Below are positions 62,001-64,000 of a DNA stretch of 64,000 nucleotides, in pieces. The DNA is taken from contig JAYWIR010000001.1 of NCBI GenBank assembly GCA_036172245.1, forward strand, positions 6,076,001 through 6,140,000, read 5' to 3'. The notes beneath the pieces are model-generated. The model was given only the letters and a program-made list of their open reading frames with translations, did not search any database and was not told the origin of the DNA. The stretch comes from Raillietiella orientalis (taxonomy: Eukaryota). The position numbers were made by a program, and so were the translations under genes. The first letter of the stretch is position 1; each line of letters starts with the position of its first letter.

Positions 62001-64000
62001 AACGAGTGGCTGGCAAGAAGCCACGAGACGAGGTGGTGACCGCCTGCCCTGTACCTCCCCCCCCCTCCTTCTACAGGCGCATGCCCATGGCTACCGCACA
62101 AAATACGAGAAGGTTGGAGAAGGAAGAAGAAATACATCATCCTTCTTTCCCCGCACCTCCTTCCTCCCTATCTCTGACATTCGCCGCGTTGCCGCGCGAC
62201 GGGTAACGCCGCCGCTCCGAAACGGCGTCGTTCCCCGTCGCGCGGCAACGGGCGAAGGTTTCGTGTCGGGTCTCCGTCCCAGCCGTGCGCGCTCCGGATC
62301 CGCTGATCTGGGGAGGGCACGGTTTGTTCCCCGGGAAGGGAGGAGGGGTAAGAACCGTGCTGCAAACAAGTGCTCCGTGCGTTCACGTGACGCCGAAGGA
62401 AGCGGTCCCCGCCGAACCCGCGCCGCTCCCCCGCGTCCAACCCGTGCCGACGCGTGGAGCTTCTTCGCCTTTGAATTCTCGTCGCTCGCTTACTCTGGAT
62501 GAAGGATAGCAGATCTTGAAGCGGATCTTCTGACACTAATCTTCAGCATCTGCCCGACGTGTCGGATGCGCAGCAGTGTCGAGCACCAAGCGCGGACGGG
62601 GATCCGCGTGCGCGGGGAAGGGGAAGGAGGAGGCACGGAGAAGAGAAACTGCCGCGTTCGGTCCGACGCTCCCTCGCGCGAGAGGCGGCGGCTTCCATTG
62701 TTACGTCACCTCCGTTGGCCGAGACCAACAGAAGGGGACGCTCACAGCAGGAAACTTCGCACGCCTGCGCGCCTCCTGTTCCTCCCGATAGGGGCGCGCG
62801 CGCGAAGCATCTCCGTACGCGGGACTCTTCTCCCTTGACCGTGAGAAAGCAGGCTCTCCGAGGTGCATTTTGTTGGTTTGTTCGCCCCCCCCCCTCCCCC
62901 GGAAATATGGAAGAAAAAAAAAACAAAAAAAGGCAGCCTCCACCTGGAGACGCGGTTCTCACCGGCAGCGTTGCTCCCGAGAGGAGTCCACTCGCCGGGG
63001 CGGTAAGTCGGAAGAAATAGCGCGGGCGGACGAACTCGCTCGCGCGCGCGAAGCCTCGGATGCGGTTGCAAAAGCCGACTCGTGGGAAGAGGGGTGAACT
63101 TTGCCTCGATGAGCAAGCGTTCTTCGGTTTCGCTTCCTTCCCGCCCGTCCAGCAGCAGCAGCTAATGGCCGGAGGCAGAAGACAACTCCCTCGCGTGGCA
63201 ACCGCATTGTCACGGGGAAACCGAGACGAAGCTCCGAGCGCCAGGAGAAACCGATCCCGTGAAGCATCGAAGGAGTCTTGGTTTCAGCTCGGCCTTGGGG
63301 CTATCCGTCCCCACCCGACTGACTTCCCAATGGCGTCGGTCGCAATTTCCACGACCACCGCTTCATCCGTGCTCCATGTCCCGCAGCGCGCCGCTTCGGA
63401 TGCTGCCGCGTCGGTGAACTGGAAAGTTCCGAACGGGCCGACGGCGCTCGCCCTATCGCGTCAGATGGGCGTGGGGATGCACCTTCTTTGCAAAAGATGG
63501 CGCCGCCCGAAGGCGCACGCCAGACGAAAATCGGACGGCGTCTCTGCTGCGGTCTTCGCGGCACGGTCGTCCGATGCGAGAGAGGGCGCGAAGCCGGGCC
63601 GACCGCCTCGTGCGCACCGGGTGGACTCCAAGGCGGCGGCCATGCTCACTTCCCCCGCGCGCTTCGAGCAGCGTTCGCATCCCGCGGGACTGAAAGCGAT
63701 CCCGGGAGAAAGGAAGACAGAGCGGATCGGTGGCTGCCGCCGAGAAAGGATGCGTTAGGCATCCGTGAGTGCAAGAATGGGGACACCACGAAAGCCCGCC
63801 CTTCCCGGGCGAACCCCGATGCTCGGGTCGGGTGGCCCTCCTCGGCGGCAGGGCGTCCCCGTTCCTCCCACTCGAAAAACGATCCTCCCGAGGATGAGGG
63901 AGCAGCGCTGGGCGACCTTCAGCGAGACGTAGCCTCGCACTCTGCAAAGCGGGAGCGCCCGCGTTCCGAACAATGGGTCGCTCCGCAACAATGGACCGCG

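Noticed and set aside
23837-64000. Many long Arg/Gly/Pro-rich ORFs (e.g. 38793-40199, 54096-55595, 57470-58588, 58189-59556)
   Set aside because: Expected in very GC-rich DNA; they overlap on both strands, lie antisense to or across real genes, and show no domains.

Overview
Eukaryotic (invertebrate animal) genomic DNA with many very short introns (42-71 nt); an early-branching nematode is plausible but cannot be proven from the sequence. Recognisable genes: the 3' end of CDC40/PRP17 (+), an mpaB/Lcp-like heme oxygenase-family gene (-), ABCD4 (-), neuroendocrine 7B2 (+, with a GC-AG intron) and a Gremlin/DAN-family BMP antagonist (-). The first 4.4 kb is the most unusual part. Next to the splicing-factor gene lie a U2 snRNA 5' fragment, a full-length U6 variant with altered ACAGAGA box and AGC triad, and two or three unidentified, strongly folding ncRNA candidates, one of which shares the U6 upstream flank. 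A very AT-rich foldback-like block (22.2-23.9 kb) separates an AT-rich domain from a GC-rich domain. The GC-rich domain holds several degenerate L1/Tx1-like retroelement 3' halves with a shared structured 3' tail, one nested tail insertion with a 13-bp target-site duplication, and a ~3.7 kb imperfect inverted duplication. All alignments and foldings were done by eye; no database searches were run.
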